A stretch of DNA of 30,487 nt from Acidimicrobiales bacterium (GCA_050744045.1 JBOGGK010000361.1:1-30487); one strand, 5' to 3'; shown: positions 1-12,108, counted from the first letter of the stretch. Notes: generated by a model not told the origin, from the sequence alone. Numbers and translations are program-made.

Positions 1-4
1 GGCT

Positions 5-283
5 ATGGGCGCGACCACGTCCGATAAGACGTCGGTGCATATCCAGGCGAGCCCGGAGGCGGTCTACGCCCTCGTCAGCGCAATGCCGCGAATGGGTGGG
101 TGGAGCCCCGAGTGCTACCGCTGCGGGTGGGCCCATGGCGACGGGCCATCGGTCGGTGCCGAGCTCAAGGGCTACAACCGGGTCGGCCCGGTGCGGTGGA
201 CGGCTGAGGGACGGGTCACCGCCGCCGAGCGCGGTCGAGAGTTCGCCTTCGTCACCCTCTATAAGGGTCGCCGGGAGGAAACC
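5..283 (+). pseudogene. SRPBCC/polyketide cyclase-like protein, 3'-truncated
   Basis: The first ~93 codons look like an SRPBCC N-terminal half (SVHIQASPEAVYALVS..PRMG.WSPEC..G.NR.G..RW....VT.AE.GREFAF). After YKGRREET no frame gives the expected remaining strands or C-terminal helix, and the ORF runs on as low-complexity sequence to 565. Confidence 0.6.
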
Positions 284-566
284 CCGCCGCAGAGCGGGCC
301 GGGAGGACGTCGAACGGCTCATCTGTCGGGCAGGCCTACGCTGACGCGAGCGTCAATTGCGTCGAAGAGCAGCACTGGGACATCAAGGGCGGTCGCTCAT
401 GAAACCAAGTTGCGAGGACCGGCTGTCACTGTCAGTGGTGAGCCGCGGGGAGCGCGGCGGTGCGGGCTGTGGCGGGAGGGCGGCCGGCTCCCAGTCGGGT
501 TGGCCCCCCGAGATATTCAATCCAATCGGTGCAGCGACGCCGGGACCAACCCACTAGGAAGGTGAC

Positions 567-845
567 GTGTACTACCTACTCCAATATGACGTCGTCGACG
601 ACTACACCGAGCGGCGAGCCCCTCACCGCGAGGAACACCTCGAGCTCGCTCGAGAGGCGCACGGGCGCGGGGAGCTCGTCCTGGCAGGTGCGTTCGCGAG
701 CCCGGCCGATGGCGCGGCCCTCGTGTTCAAGGCGCACGATATTTCAGTTGTCGAGCGCTTTGCGGCAAATGACCCCTACGTCAAAGCGGGGGTCGTGACT
801 CGTTGGAAGGCCCGCGAGTGGGCCGTGGTCGTAGGTGGCGAGTAG
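567..845 (+). CDS. YciI-like protein (dimeric alpha-beta barrel)
   Basis: 92 aa with R.PHREEHL, LAGA...P.DGA.LVF and F..NDPYV..G motifs typical of YciI. SD-like GGAAGG lies upstream of the GTG. Confidence 0.85.
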   Translation: MYYLLQYDVVDDYTERRAPHREEHLELAREAHGRGELVLAGAFASPADGAALVFKAHDISVVERFAANDPYVKAGVVTRWKAREWAVVVGGE

Positions 846-1027
846 CCCTCGCCCGAGCTCGGCCCGGTTCTGGCCAGCGGGACCTCTGACCCTGCGGGCC
901 ATCGGCGCCCACAATCGCTACCAAAGCGTCGTAGAGAGCCTGGTCGGGCTCAGGAGCGTCCTCGGCCCGGCGAGAGAGCCCGCGGTGGTCACAGCAGAAG
1001 CGCCCGCCGTCGCGTGCGCGTGTCAGC

Positions 1028-2185
1028 TCATAGCGCTGCCCGAAAGCGTGTGCGGAGGTCGGATAGGCGCTCGACCGGCTCGTTAGCGAATACCAGCCGA
1101 AGGTAGCGATCGCCGCTGGGACCCCATCCCGTCATGGGCGTCGCGGCGACTTTGCCGAGGTTGAATAGTTGCTCTGAAGCCTCGGTGGGCTTGAGATCGA
1201 GTTGGGTGGTGTCGATGAGCAGTGACCAGCCTCCGTCTGGGCGGACGACCGGGTAGTCGGCGAGTTGGTCGAGGATGACCTGACAGCGCTCATGCCAGGT
1301 GCGGGTAGCGACTTCGATATCTGCGTCGGCGTCAGGCGCCGATAGGGCCGCTGCGACTGCTTGCTGGGCGATGCCGACTTGGCATACGACGTTGGTCATC
1401 CCGACGAGGGCGATGTCGGCGAGTATCTGGGCGGGTGCGACGATCCAGCCGATCCTCCAGCCGATCATGCGCAACTCTTTGGATGCTGAGCCGATCGTGA
1501 TGACCCGATCGAATAAGGCCGGATGCCCGGCGGGGTGTACGGGTGCGCGCCCGTCGAAGCGGATGCGCTCCATCGCTGCGTCATAGATCACCCACGCGCC
1601 ATGTTGCCGGACTGGCCCAGCGAGCGCGTCGAGGTGGCTTTGGTCGATCACAGCTCCGGTGGGCATTGCCGGCCCCATGAGCAGGACCGCTGCCGTACGG
1701 GGACCAACGGCGGCTGCGAGTTCCTGCGGATCGGTTCGCCAGCCGTTCGGTGTTGCTGCCGCGGGGACGTGTCGCGGGATCGCGCCGGCCAGACGAATGC
1801 GATTCACAAGACCGGCGTAGATCGGGTCGGAGATCACGACCTCGGACTCGGGCTCTGTGACCGCTAGGAGCGTGTTGAGTACGCCGTTGAGCCCACCAGC
1901 GACGCTCACGCATTCTCGGTCCGGGGCATATTCACGGCCGCTGAGACGTCCGACGTGCGCCGCGGCAGCCCGGCGTAGATCGTGATGGCCCTCAAACGGC
2001 AGGTAGCTGTTTGCTGCGTCGCTGTCAATCGCGCGGCGCGTAACGTCAAGTGCAACCTGTGGCGGTCGGAGGTCGGTGTCGAGGTTCTCCAAGCGAAGCA
2101 TCTCCGGATCAGCGGCCTCGTCGGCTCTGTCGCCGACTAGGTTCACGCCGATCCCGGGGATGTGTTGCAGTCTGCTGACCACCAT
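1028..2185 (-). CDS. PLP-dependent aminotransferase, class I/II
   Basis: Motifs Y...G...LR.A, P.MPTG, YDAAM and SASKELRMIGWRIGW (PLP lysine), plus C-terminal YLRLVFA. SD GAGGAGG precedes the ATG at 2185. Confidence 0.9.
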   Translation of the reverse strand: MVVSRLQHIPGIGVNLVGDRADEAADPEMLRLENLDTDLRPPQVALDVTRRAIDSDAANSYLPFEGHHDLRRAAAAHVGRLSGREYAPDRECVSVAGGLNGVLNTLLAVTEPESEVVISDPIYAGLVNRIRLAGAIPRHVPAAATPNGWRTDPQELAAAVGPRTAAVLLMGPAMPTGAVIDQSHLDALAGPVRQHGAWVIYDAAMERIRFDGRAPVHPAGHPALFDRVITIGSASKELRMIGWRIGWIVAPAQILADIALVGMTNVVCQVGIAQQAVAAALSAPDADADIEVATRTWHERCQVILDQLADYPVVRPDGGWSLLIDTTQLDLKPTEASEQLFNLGKVAATPMTGWGPSGDRYLRLVFANEPVERLSDLRTRFRAAL

Positions 2186-2299
2186 CAAGCCCTCCTCTAA
2201 TCGACTGTTCCCGTTTCAACGAGTGCTGCATCCGATGTGCTTCCGCCGAGTGCGGCCAGGACCATGTCGAGGGTTCGAGTAAGACGCGTGGAGGAGGAG

Positions 2300-2373
2300 T
2301 GGGGCTAGGTGGAATCGAACCACCGACCTCAGCATTATCAGTGCTGCGCTCTAACCGGCTGAGCTATAGCCCC
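2300..2373 (-). tRNA. tRNA-Ile(GAT), CCA not encoded
   Basis: Minus strand reads GGGGCTA TAGCTCAGCCGGTTAGAGC G CAGCA CTGATAA TGCTG AGGTC GGTGG TTCGATT CCACC TAGCCCC A, a full cloverleaf with GAT anticodon, followed by CT rather than CCA. Confidence 0.97.
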
Positions 2374-3186
2374 AGGACCAGGGCCCGCCTGAGAGCCCCT
2401 GCCGGGCTGCTCCCCAGGCAAGGCCCCAAGCCTAGCGGCGGAGGTGTCCTGGTCGCTCACGACCACCACCTGGGCCCCGCCGACGATGTCGCTGATCAAG
2501 TTGTAGAGCACCGCCGCGAGGACGTTGAAAAGCAGGCCGATGAGGCACAGCGCGCCCCCGATCGCCGCCCCGTACTCCAGGGCAACGAGGGGATGGAGCT
2601 GGAACGAGGTAAGGGCGAACAGCGAGCGGATGAGCTTGTCCAGGGTGTCGATGACGCCGAAGGCGGCCGCCACGTTCCACAGCACCGTGCCCGCCACCAA
2701 GACCACGATGAGGACGCAGAGGTAAAAGGCGATGGAGACCTTGGCCACGCTCCAGACGTCGACCCGTCGGACCACGCGCCGGCCGCGGCGACCTGCCACC
2801 ACTTTGGGACGACCATTGGCCACCCTGGGAGGTGGTAGAGCATACTGGCCCCGAGGCCCTGGGGGGAGGGGCCCGGCGGGTGGGCGGGGCCGCTGGGGGC
2901 CCATCAACTGCGTCTGGTCCCCCGGCCGCAGGCGGCCAGGTGCCCCCGGGGGGAACGGGCCACGGCCGGGCCACGGCCGGCCTCCCGAGGAGCGCGGGGA
3001 CCCCCCTCCCCGTTGCGCAGGGGGGTAATAGCCTCCCGGGCCCGGAGGACCGGCATAGCGCGAGGTTGCCGGGCCGGAATGCTCGGCCCAACCTGCGGGC
3101 ACGGGGCCGCCGTCGGACTGCGGCCGGGCCGGTGGGACTCTAGCTGTGCCGGGCCGGCCGGGCGGGCGGGGCACAGGGTCGGACAC
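2338..3186 (-). CDS. DUF3566 family membrane protein with Pro/Gly-rich N-terminus
   Basis: RRVD.WSV.KVS, TM segments and A.LYNLISD.VGG.QV. Conserved actinobacterial position between gyrA and tRNA-Ile. The GTG overlaps the gyrA stop (TAGTG) and has SD GGAGGA. Confidence 0.85.
   Translation of the reverse strand: MSDPVPRPPGRPGTARVPPARPQSDGGPVPAGWAEHSGPATSRYAGPPGPGGYYPPAQRGGGSPRSSGGRPWPGRGPFPPGAPGRLRPGDQTQLMGPQRPRPPAGPLPPGPRGQYALPPPRVANGRPKVVAGRRGRRVVRRVDVWSVAKVSIAFYLCVLIVVLVAGTVLWNVAAAFGVIDTLDKLIRSLFALTSFQLHPLVALEYGAAIGGALCLIGLLFNVLAAVLYNLISDIVGGAQVVVVSDQDTSAARLGALPGEQPGRGSQAGPGPGAIAQPVRAQH
2429..2434 (-). promoter_or_regulatory. Candidate -10 element (TAGGCT) for tRNA-Ile
   Basis: TANNNT hexamer about 55 nt upstream of the tRNA 5' end. 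The same hexamer occurs upstream of cca. Confidence 0.4.
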
Positions 3187-5654
3187 TAGTCCTCCTCTAC
3201 GGCGAGCACGGGCGCCACCGAGGCCACCGTCTGGCCCGGGTCGAGGCTCACCACCCTCACGCCTGTGGCGTCGCGTCCCTGGCTGGAGATATCGCGCGCC
3301 GCCAGGCGCACGACGACGCCGGCAGACGAGATCACGAGGATCTCGTCCTCCAAGCCCACCGTGAAGGCGGCGGCGACGCCCCCCCGCTTGCCGGTAAGAC
3401 GAATCCCCCGCACCCCCTGCCCCCCGCGGCCTTGGCGGTGGAAATGGTGGAGTTGCGTCCGCTTACCATAGCCGGCGGTAGTTACGACCAGGATGCTGGT
3501 CTCGTCGCGGGCAATGTCGGCGGCGACGACCTCGTCGCTGGCGCGCAGGGCCATGCCCCTCACCCCGGCGGCGTCACGACCCATCGCCCTGACGTCCGAC
3601 TCCGAGAACCTGATCGTCTGACCTGATCGGCTCACCATGAAGATGTCATCCTGCCCTGTAGTGACGATAACAGCTACCAGTTCATCACCTTCGCGCAGAT
3701 TGAGCGCTATTAGGCCGTCCCGCCGGCTTCTGTCGTACTCCGAAAAAGCAGTCTTTTTGACCTGGCCGTGCCTGGTAGCGAAGAACAGGTACCGGTCGGA
3801 CTGGAACTCGCGGGTGTCTATGAGGGCCTGGACCCGCTCCCCGGGGGCCAGGGGCAAGAGGTTGACGATGGCAGTCCCCCGGGACGTCCGCTCCTGAACA
3901 GGCAGCTCGTAGGCCCGCAAGCGGTAGACACGGCCGAAGTTGGAGAAGAACAGCAGGTAGGCGTGGGCTGTCGTGTGGATGACCTTGGCCACAATGTCTG
4001 CCTCGCGCAGGTTGGTCCCCCGCATGCCCCGGGTACCCCTGCCCTGGGTCCGGTAGGTGGACGCCGCCACCGCCTTGATGTAGCCAGCCCGGCTCATGGT
4101 GACGACCAGCTCGCCGTCTTCGATGAGGTCCTCTGCCGACATCTCGCCCGGGTCGAAGGTGACGACCGCTTGACGGGGGGTGGCAAAGCGTGCCTTGATC
4201 TCCCCCAGCTCGCCCTTCACGACGCCGTCCAGCAACGCCCGGTCGGCCAGGATGGCCTCCAGCTCAGCGATCGTCTGGCGCAGCTTGGCCATCTCCTCGT
4301 TGAGGTCGGCCCGGCCCAGGCGGGTGAGGCGAGAGAGTTGCATATCCAAGATGTGCTCGGCCTGGACCTCGCTAAACTCGAAAGGCGCCGCCATAAGCCT
4401 GTCCCTGGCTTCGCCCCGGCCTTCCGAGGCCCGGATCGTAGTGATGATGGCGTCGATCATGTCGAGCGCCTTGAGCAGGCCCTCAACGATGTGGGCGCGG
4501 GCGCGGGCGCGGCGTAGGCGGTACTCGGAGCGCCGCGTCACCACCTCCACCTGGTGGGCCACGTAAGCCTCGAGCGCGCTCTTCAAGTTGAGGGTGCGCG
4601 GCCCTCCGTTGACCAGGGCCACCATGTTGACCCCGAAACTTGTCTGCAGAGGGGTCAGCTTGTAGAGGTTGTTGAGGACGACATTCGCGTTGGCGTCCCG
4701 CTTGAGCGGGATGACGATCTTGGTGTCCACCCCCGAGGACAGGTCCTGGATATCGCGTACGCCGTCCAGTTCGTGGCTGTTGACCAAGTCGGCAATGCGC
4801 TCTTGGATAGCCCTCGGGCTCGCCTGGTAGGGCAGCTCGGTGATGACTATCTGCGCCCCGCCGCGCGTCTCTTCGATCGTTGCCCGCGCCCTCATGCGGA
4901 TGGAGCCGCGACCGGTCCGGTAGGCGTCCATGATCCCCTGCCGCCCGAGGATGAACCCGCCGGTCGGGAAATCGGGGCCCTTCACGTAGCGCATGAGCTC
5001 GTCAGTGGTCGCTTCGGGGTGGTCGATCAGGTACGTTGTGGCGTCGATCACCTCGCCCAGGTTGTGGGGCGGGATGTTGGTCGCCATACCGACAGCAATG
5101 CCCTGGCTGCCGTTCACGAGCAAATTGGGGAACCGTGAGGGCAGGACGGTGGGCTCGTCGTCCTCGTTGAGGTAATTGCGAGCCACGTCGACGGTTTCTT
5201 CGTCGATGCCCTCGAGCATGTGGACCGCCAGCGGGGACAGCCGGCATTCGGTGTAGCGGGCAGCAGCGGGCGGGAAATCGGGGGAGCCGTAGTTACCGTG
5301 GAAATCGACCAAGGGGTCCCGGAGGCTGAACGGCTGCGCCATCCTCACCAGCGCGTCGTAGATGGCGACGTCGCCGTGAGGATGGAACTTGGCCATCGTC
5401 TCCCCAGTGACCTTGGCGCACTTGACGTGAGGCCGGTCAGGACGGTAGTTCTGGATGTGCATCGTGTACAGGATGCGCCTGTGCACCGGTTTCAGCCCGT
5501 CCCTGGCGTCGGGCAACGCTCGTTGGACGATGACGGACATGGCGTACTCCAAAAAGGAGCGCTCCATCTCGACGTTTATCTCTACGGGTTGCACCCCGGT
5601 TGAGCGGCCGTCGCCGTCGTCCGAACCGCCGCCGGGAACAAGTACGTCTGTCAT
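3186..5654 (-). CDS. gyrA: DNA gyrase subunit A
   Basis: [21 protein letters not shown], catalytic [22 protein letters not shown], and C-terminal pinwheel repeats with GyrA-box-like QGRGTRG and QGRGGQG. Confidence 0.98.
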   Translation of the reverse strand: MTDVLVPGGGSDDGDGRSTGVQPVEINVEMERSFLEYAMSVIVQRALPDARDGLKPVHRRILYTMHIQNYRPDRPHVKCAKVTGETMAKFHPHGDVAIYDALVRMAQPFSLRDPLVDFHGNYGSPDFPPAAARYTECRLSPLAVHMLEGIDEETVDVARNYLNEDDEPTVLPSRFPNLLVNGSQGIAVGMATNIPPHNLGEVIDATTYLIDHPEATTDELMRYVKGPDFPTGGFILGRQGIMDAYRTGRGSIRMRARATIEETRGGAQIVITELPYQASPRAIQERIADLVNSHELDGVRDIQDLSSGVDTKIVIPLKRDANANVVLNNLYKLTPLQTSFGVNMVALVNGGPRTLNLKSALEAYVAHQVEVVTRRSEYRLRRARARAHIVEGLLKALDMIDAIITTIRASEGRGEARDRLMAAPFEFSEVQAEHILDMQLSRLTRLGRADLNEEMAKLRQTIAELEAILADRALLDGVVKGELGEIKARFATPRQAVVTFDPGEMSAEDLIEDGELVVTMSRAGYIKAVAASTYRTQGRGTRGMRGTNLREADIVAKVIHTTAHAYLLFFSNFGRVYRLRAYELPVQERTSRGTAIVNLLPLAPGERVQALIDTREFQSDRYLFFATRHGQVKKTAFSEYDRSRRDGLIALNLREGDELVAVIVTTGQDDIFMVSRSGQTIRFSESDVRAMGRDAAGVRGMALRASDEVVAADIARDETSILVVTTAGYGKRTQLHHFHRQGRGGQGVRGIRLTGKRGGVAAAFTVGLEDEILVISSAGVVVRLAARDISSQGRDATGVRVVSLDPGQTVASVAPVLAVEED

Positions 5655-7625
<1,971 letters not shown>

Positions 7626-7731
7626 CTATGTTCCACGCTTATAGGCCCACGGCGCGGGAAACCGCTCGCGGGCAAAATTGGGGTACACCCAAGGGTCTTG
7701 AGGCTCAGTACCGAGCCGCCAACCACACCTT

Positions 7732-8121
7732 TTATTGTACCAGCCCCCGCCCCTCAGGGGCGTTCTGCGGGCCTCCCCCGGGGCTCACGCGCACCGCCAC
7801 CGACCTCACCCCGGGGGCTACCGCCCCCACCCTGTCCAGGAGCTGGGCCGACAAGACGCGCAGCTGGGAGGCCCAAGCATGGTGGTCAGTAGCGACGACG
7901 AGCACACCTCTGTGCAAAGACAAAGGCCAGGCGTGCGCCGCAACCTCAGCGCCGACAAGTTCCGCCCAGCGCTCGGCCAGTGCCGACAGCTCCCACGCGC
8001 CCTCGAACCCCAACCGTCGCGCTGCCTCTGGCAGCGAGGCCGTCACCGGCTTCGGCTCGCTGCCGGTACCACAACGGGGCTGTGCTCGCTCGCCGGGGCG
8101 GCGGTCGCTCTTGCCGGCCAC
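7732..8121 (-). CDS. dciA: DUF721/DciA helicase-operating protein
   Basis: W.ELVG.EVAAH..P..L..GVL.V...H.AWASQLR motif and the conserved position between recF and gyrB. Start codon uncertain. Confidence 0.85.
   Translation of the reverse strand: MAGKSDRRPGERAQPRCGTGSEPKPVTASLPEAARRLGFEGAWELSALAERWAELVGAEVAAHAWPLSLHRGVLVVATDHHAWASQLRVLSAQLLDRVGAVAPGVRSVAVRVSPGGGPQNAPEGRGLVQ
7734..7742 (-). promoter_or_regulatory. Extended -10 promoter (TGGTACAAT), probably for gyrB-gyrA
   Basis: TGn-TACAAT on the minus strand at the end of dciA, about 135 nt upstream of the gyrB start. Confidence 0.55.
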
Positions 8122-8131
8122 GGCCGGTGCA

Positions 8132-9250
8132 CTACGCCTGCGGTGCGCCGGCGTGATAGAGCGCGCCCCGGCTCACCCTGACGTGGTCGGCGACCGCCAG
8201 GTCGGGTGGAATTGCACCCGCCGCCGTGACCAGGCTCTGGCCCTGGGGTAAGCAGGCAGCCAGTGCCGCACAGCGGCCCGGGTCCAGTTCGGAGAAGATG
8301 TCGTCCAACAGCAGCACCGGGCTCGTCCCCCGGCGCGCTGAGACCAGGCAATGCCCGCCCAGGCGCAGCGCCAGCGCCAGGCTCCTCTGCTCTCCCTGGG
8401 AGGCCTGGCTACGTGCGGCCAGCCCGTCCAGCGTCAGGCGCAACTCGTCACGCTGGGGCCCCACGACCGTGACCCCGCGGCGCAGCTCTTCTGCCCTCGA
8501 CTCCGTCAACGCGGCCAAGAGCGTCCCGCTCCAACTGCGCTCGTAGTGTAAACCGATCACCCCCCGCCACCCACCCGGGCCCGTTAGCACTAACCCGGTC
8601 AAGCGCCCGTAAGCCGAGACGACCTCGGGTTGCAACGCGAGGACGACCGACTCGCGAGCCTCGGCCACGGCTTCGCCCACGCTAGCGAGCTTGGCGTCCC
8701 ATACTTCGAGGGTGCCCACCATACTGGCCCGCAGCGAGCCGTTCGCCGATTTCAACAGAGCATTGCGCTGCTTGAGTACTCGTTCGAGCTCGGAGCAAGC
8801 TGCGCTATGGCGGGGTTGCAACGCGACGGCCAACCCGTCCAGGAATGCCCGCCGCCCCTCTGGGCCGCCTTTCACGATCTCGATGTCACCAGGTGAAAAA
8901 ACCGTGACAAGTACCGCCCCCAACAGATCTTCGCTGCGACGGACCACTTGGCGGTTCAACCTGGCCTTGTCTTTGCCTGTCAAGCTCAGCTCGACCTCTA
9001 CCAGCGCCCGCCGGCCCTCGCGCTGCGCCTCGCCCCGCAGGACTGCCTGGTGGGCACCGTTGCGCACCAAAGCAGGCGTCGGCGCCCCCCGGAAGCTCCG
9101 CAGCGTCGCCAAGTAGCCAACCGCTTCCAAAAGGTTCGTCTTACCTGCGCCGTTGTCGCCTTGGAACAACGTGACACCTTCGGACGGCGGCGCCAGTTCC
9201 GCAGCCTCGTAATTGCGGAAATCTGCCACAGTCAAGTGCTCTAGGTGCAC
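8132..9250 (-). CDS. recF: DNA replication/repair protein RecF
   Basis: DFRNY, Walker A GDNGAGKTNLLEA, GP.RD.L, SQGEQRS and Walker B LLLDDIFSELD. Confidence 0.97.
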   Translation of the reverse strand: MHLEHLTVADFRNYEAAELAPPSEGVTLFQGDNGAGKTNLLEAVGYLATLRSFRGAPTPALVRNGAHQAVLRGEAQREGRRALVEVELSLTGKDKARLNRQVVRRSEDLLGAVLVTVFSPGDIEIVKGGPEGRRAFLDGLAVALQPRHSAACSELERVLKQRNALLKSANGSLRASMVGTLEVWDAKLASVGEAVAEARESVVLALQPEVVSAYGRLTGLVLTGPGGWRGVIGLHYERSWSGTLLAALTESRAEELRRGVTVVGPQRDELRLTLDGLAARSQASQGEQRSLALALRLGGHCLVSARRGTSPVLLLDDIFSELDPGRCAALAACLPQGQSLVTAAGAIPPDLAVADHVRVSRGALYHAGAPQA

Positions 9251-9285
9251 GCTATGCCTGTACAGGCTGAGTAGGCGAGCCTAAG

Positions 9286-10389
9286 TCAAGCAACACGCAC
9301 CGGCATCAGCAGGTAGAGGTAATCAGCCTTGTCAGTCGGCTTCAGCGTCGCTGGCTTCATGGCGTCCACCGTCTCCAGCAACACCTCCTCGCCGCCCACG
9401 CCGTCTACGCCCTCGGCGAGGTACTGAGGGCTGAAAGCGATGGTCATCTCTGCCCCCTCGTACTTTGCGTCCACTTCTTCCACTGCTTGACCCCAATCGT
9501 TGGTTATGACGCTGAGCTGGACGGTATCGGGGCGCAACGTGATGCGGGCCGGGATGGTGGCATCGCGTGCCACAAGCCTGACCCGGCGGATGGCGTCGAG
9601 GAACGGCTCCCGAGCCACCACCAACTTGTTCGGGTAGTTGAACGGGATCAGCTGCCGGTAAGGGGGGAAGTCACCTTCGATCAGGCGCGTCGTAAGCTTG
9701 ACCTGGCCCACCGAGAACCGGACGTCGTGAGCGCCGAGCTGGATGTCGACCTGGCTCGTTTCCGCGTTCAGCAATCGCTGCAGCTCCCCCAGCGCCCTCG
9801 AGGGGACGAGCACCTTCTGGCCCTCCGCCAGGACCCCCTGGGCACCCGGTAGGTCCTTTACCGCTAACCGGTACGAGTCCGTAGCGACCAGCCGGAGGCC
9901 GTCGGCTTCGGAGGTCATCAGCACCCCAGTGAGCACAGGACGCGTGTCTTCTGAGGACGCGGCCCGCACCACCTGCCGGAGCGCCTCAGCCAACCCCGCC
10001 GTCGGCAACGAGGTGCTCGGCCCGCTGGCCGAGGGCAGGTGCGGGAAGTCGCCCGCCCGATAGGGTCGCAGCATAAACTGCGACCTGCCCGCGGAGACCT
10101 GCACCTCCTCATCGTCGCCTTGCACCAAGACCGCGCCAGGCTCGAGCGCACGGGTGATATCCGCAAGGAGCCGCCCGGGTACTACCACCACACCGTCGCC
10201 CAGGCCAGCCACCCGGACCGTGGTGGACATCGTGATGTCCTGGTCAGTCCCGGTCACTTCCAACATATCCCCGTTCAAGCTGAGCCGGCTACCGGCCAGC
10301 GCGCCGGCGCTGCTCGAGCGCCCTGACCCAGCTCGCCCCGCCGTGGTCAAGGCTTCGAGGAGGTTGTCACGCTCGCATCGGAACTTCAC
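9286..10389 (-). CDS. dnaN: DNA polymerase III beta sliding clamp
   Basis: RPVLTGV, LVATDSYRLA, TRLIEG.FPPY and C-terminal YLLMPVR; 367 aa, directly downstream of dnaA. Confidence 0.97.
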   Translation of the reverse strand: MKFRCERDNLLEALTTAGRAGSGRSSSAGALAGSRLSLNGDMLEVTGTDQDITMSTTVRVAGLGDGVVVVPGRLLADITRALEPGAVLVQGDDEEVQVSAGRSQFMLRPYRAGDFPHLPSASGPSTSLPTAGLAEALRQVVRAASSEDTRPVLTGVLMTSEADGLRLVATDSYRLAVKDLPGAQGVLAEGQKVLVPSRALGELQRLLNAETSQVDIQLGAHDVRFSVGQVKLTTRLIEGDFPPYRQLIPFNYPNKLVVAREPFLDAIRRVRLVARDATIPARITLRPDTVQLSVITNDWGQAVEEVDAKYEGAEMTIAFSPQYLAEGVDGVGGEEVLLETVDAMKPATLKPTDKADYLYLLMPVRVA

Positions 10390-10629
10390 TCTGTCGGCGC
10401 TCCTCTACTAGTTAAAAAGATTTAAAGATCCATAGCAGTAGTAGTAGTGCTGTGGATTGTGGATAACGGTGCGTTGGGGCTGGTAGGCACGGGTGGGGCA
10501 GTGCGACCCCTTGTGGAGGGGTTGGGGGCACAGGAGAGGGCCGGCGGGTGCTCGTTGTGGATAAGGCGGGAGTTGTCCGCCGAATTACAACGTCCCGGCA
10601 CAAGATATCCAGGGACCGTAGCGGCCCGC
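10390..10629. other. oriC: Chromosomal replication origin oriC (dnaA-dnaN intergenic)
   Basis: Perfect boxes TGTGGATAA at 10458-10466 and 10556-10564. Overlapping imperfect box TGTGGATTG at 10451-10459. DnaA-trios TAG CAG TAG TAG TAG at 10433-10447. AT-rich unwinding tract at ~10406-10432. Weaker boxes at 10512-10520 and 10573-10581. Confidence 0.92.
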
Positions 10630-12108
10630 TCACCCGCCGGCCTTGATCTTGTGGATGAGGTCGGTGACTTGCTCGTAGATTTGGCGCTTTTCGCCCATCA
10701 GGCGGGCGATCTTTTTCTGGGCGTGCATCACGGTGGTGTGGTCACGGTCGCCGAACTCGCGTGCGATGGCGGGGTAACTGTAGTCGGTCAGCTCACGAAA
10801 AAGGTACATGGCGGTTTGGCGGGCCGCGACCAGAGGGCGGCGCCGGCTCGGGCCGCAGACCTCTTCGACAGTCAGGTCGAACATTTTCGCCGTCGCCTCC
10901 AGGATTTGCCTCGCCGTGACTTGCTTGGGCGCGCTGGCCGCGATGACGTCTGAGAGCACGTCCTGGGCGAGTTGGGCGGTCACTGGTACGCGGTGGATGC
11001 TGGCGAAGGCTGACAGGCGGATGAGCGCGCCTTCGAGCTCGCGAATGTTGTCCTTGATGTGCGTGGCGATGAGCTCGAGCACGTGCTCGGGGACGGTGAG
11101 CCTCTCGCCTTCTGATTTCTTGCGCAGGATGGCTAAGCGGGTCTCGAGCTCGGGGGGCTGGATGTCTGTTATGAGACCGGACTCGAAGCGGCTCCGCAGC
11201 CTGTCTTCCAGCGTGGCTATCGCACGGGGATGGCGGTCGGAGGAGATGACTATCTGCTTCTCGGCCTCGTAGAAGGAGTTGAAGGTGTAGAAGAACTCTT
11301 CCTGGGTTTCTTTCTTACCCTCGAGAAGCTGGATGTCGTCGACGGCCAAGACGTCATAGGCGCGGTAGCGGCGCTTGAACGCGGTCTGGCCGTGGGTACG
11401 GATCGAGTCGATGAACTCGTTGAGGAACGTTTCCGTGGAGACGTAGCAGACGTTGAGGCCAGGGAAGTTCTGGTAGACATAGTGCCCAATGGCGTGCAGC
11501 ATGTGCGTTTTGCCGAGGCCTGATGCACCATAGATGAACAGGGGGTTGTAGGCCTTGGCGGGTTCTTCGGCCACGCGTTGCGCGGCGGCGTGGGCGAAAC
11601 GGTTGGAGGCACCGATGACAAATGCCTCGAAGGTGTAGCGGGGGTTCAAGCTTGACCGGTCGCGACGGTCGGTGCGGGCGGGCTGGCCCACCGGCGTGCT
11701 GCGGGGCGGCGTGTAGCTGGCGGCGGGGGGCTGAGCGGGGGCGGCCGCAGCAAGCGGCCACGGGGCTCCAGCGGGCGAGGTCGAGGCTGAGCCCGACGAG
11801 GCCGGGCTGACTGCTCCGGCTGCATAGACGGGGTCTTCGGGGCCGGGCTCGTCGAGGCCGGGCCGGACGACGAGCTCCAGGTCGGGCGCAGCGATGCTGG
11901 TGGCCTCGGCCAGTACTTGTTGGATGAGGGGTTGAAAGCGGGTAAGGACCAGCTCGCGGACCATAGAGTTGGGGGCGGCCAGGACGAAGTGGGAGCCGGA
12001 AGCCTCCAGTGGCACCAGGGGGGCCAGCCATGCGTTCCAAGTCGGTTCGGGGACTTGGTGGCGGAGGTTGGCCGAGCAGGCGGCCCAGAGCTCTGTCAGA
12101 TCGCTCAT
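10630..12108 (-). CDS. dnaA: Chromosomal replication initiator DnaA
   Basis: [47 protein letters not shown] and domain IV RDHTTV.HA. Start set at ATG 12108 (GGGAG upstream); the ORF track extends to GTG 12144. Confidence 0.98.
   Translation of the reverse strand: MSDLTELWAACSANLRHQVPEPTWNAWLAPLVPLEASGSHFVLAAPNSMVRELVLTRFQPLIQQVLAEATSIAAPDLELVVRPGLDEPGPEDPVYAAGAVSPASSGSASTSPAGAPWPLAAAAPAQPPAASYTPPRSTPVGQPARTDRRDRSSLNPRYTFEAFVIGASNRFAHAAAQRVAEEPAKAYNPLFIYGASGLGKTHMLHAIGHYVYQNFPGLNVCYVSTETFLNEFIDSIRTHGQTAFKRRYRAYDVLAVDDIQLLEGKKETQEEFFYTFNSFYEAEKQIVISSDRHPRAIATLEDRLRSRFESGLITDIQPPELETRLAILRKKSEGERLTVPEHVLELIATHIKDNIRELEGALIRLSAFASIHRVPVTAQLAQDVLSDVIAASAPKQVTARQILEATAKMFDLTVEEVCGPSRRRPLVAARQTAMYLFRELTDYSYPAIAREFGDRDHTTVMHAQKKIARLMGEKRQIYEQVTDLIHKIKAGG

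Noticed and set aside
846..1027. Protein-like minus-strand stretch (APEPDQALYDALVAIVG) between yciI and the aminotransferase
   Set aside because: No start or SD and no recognisable family; at most a remnant.
2265..2285. GTCGAGGGTTCGAGT, resembling a tRNA T-arm or att remnant
   Set aside because: The 3' half of the stem is missing, there is no cloverleaf, it is on the opposite strand to tRNA-Ile, and it is too short to exclude chance.
2299..2838. Plus-strand ORF starting MGLGGIEPPTSALS
   Set aside because: This is the antisense translation of tRNA-Ile and DUF3566.
7629..7644. parS-like TGTTCCACG upstream of gyrB
   Set aside because: Only the left half matches; the right half (CTTATAG) is not palindromic.
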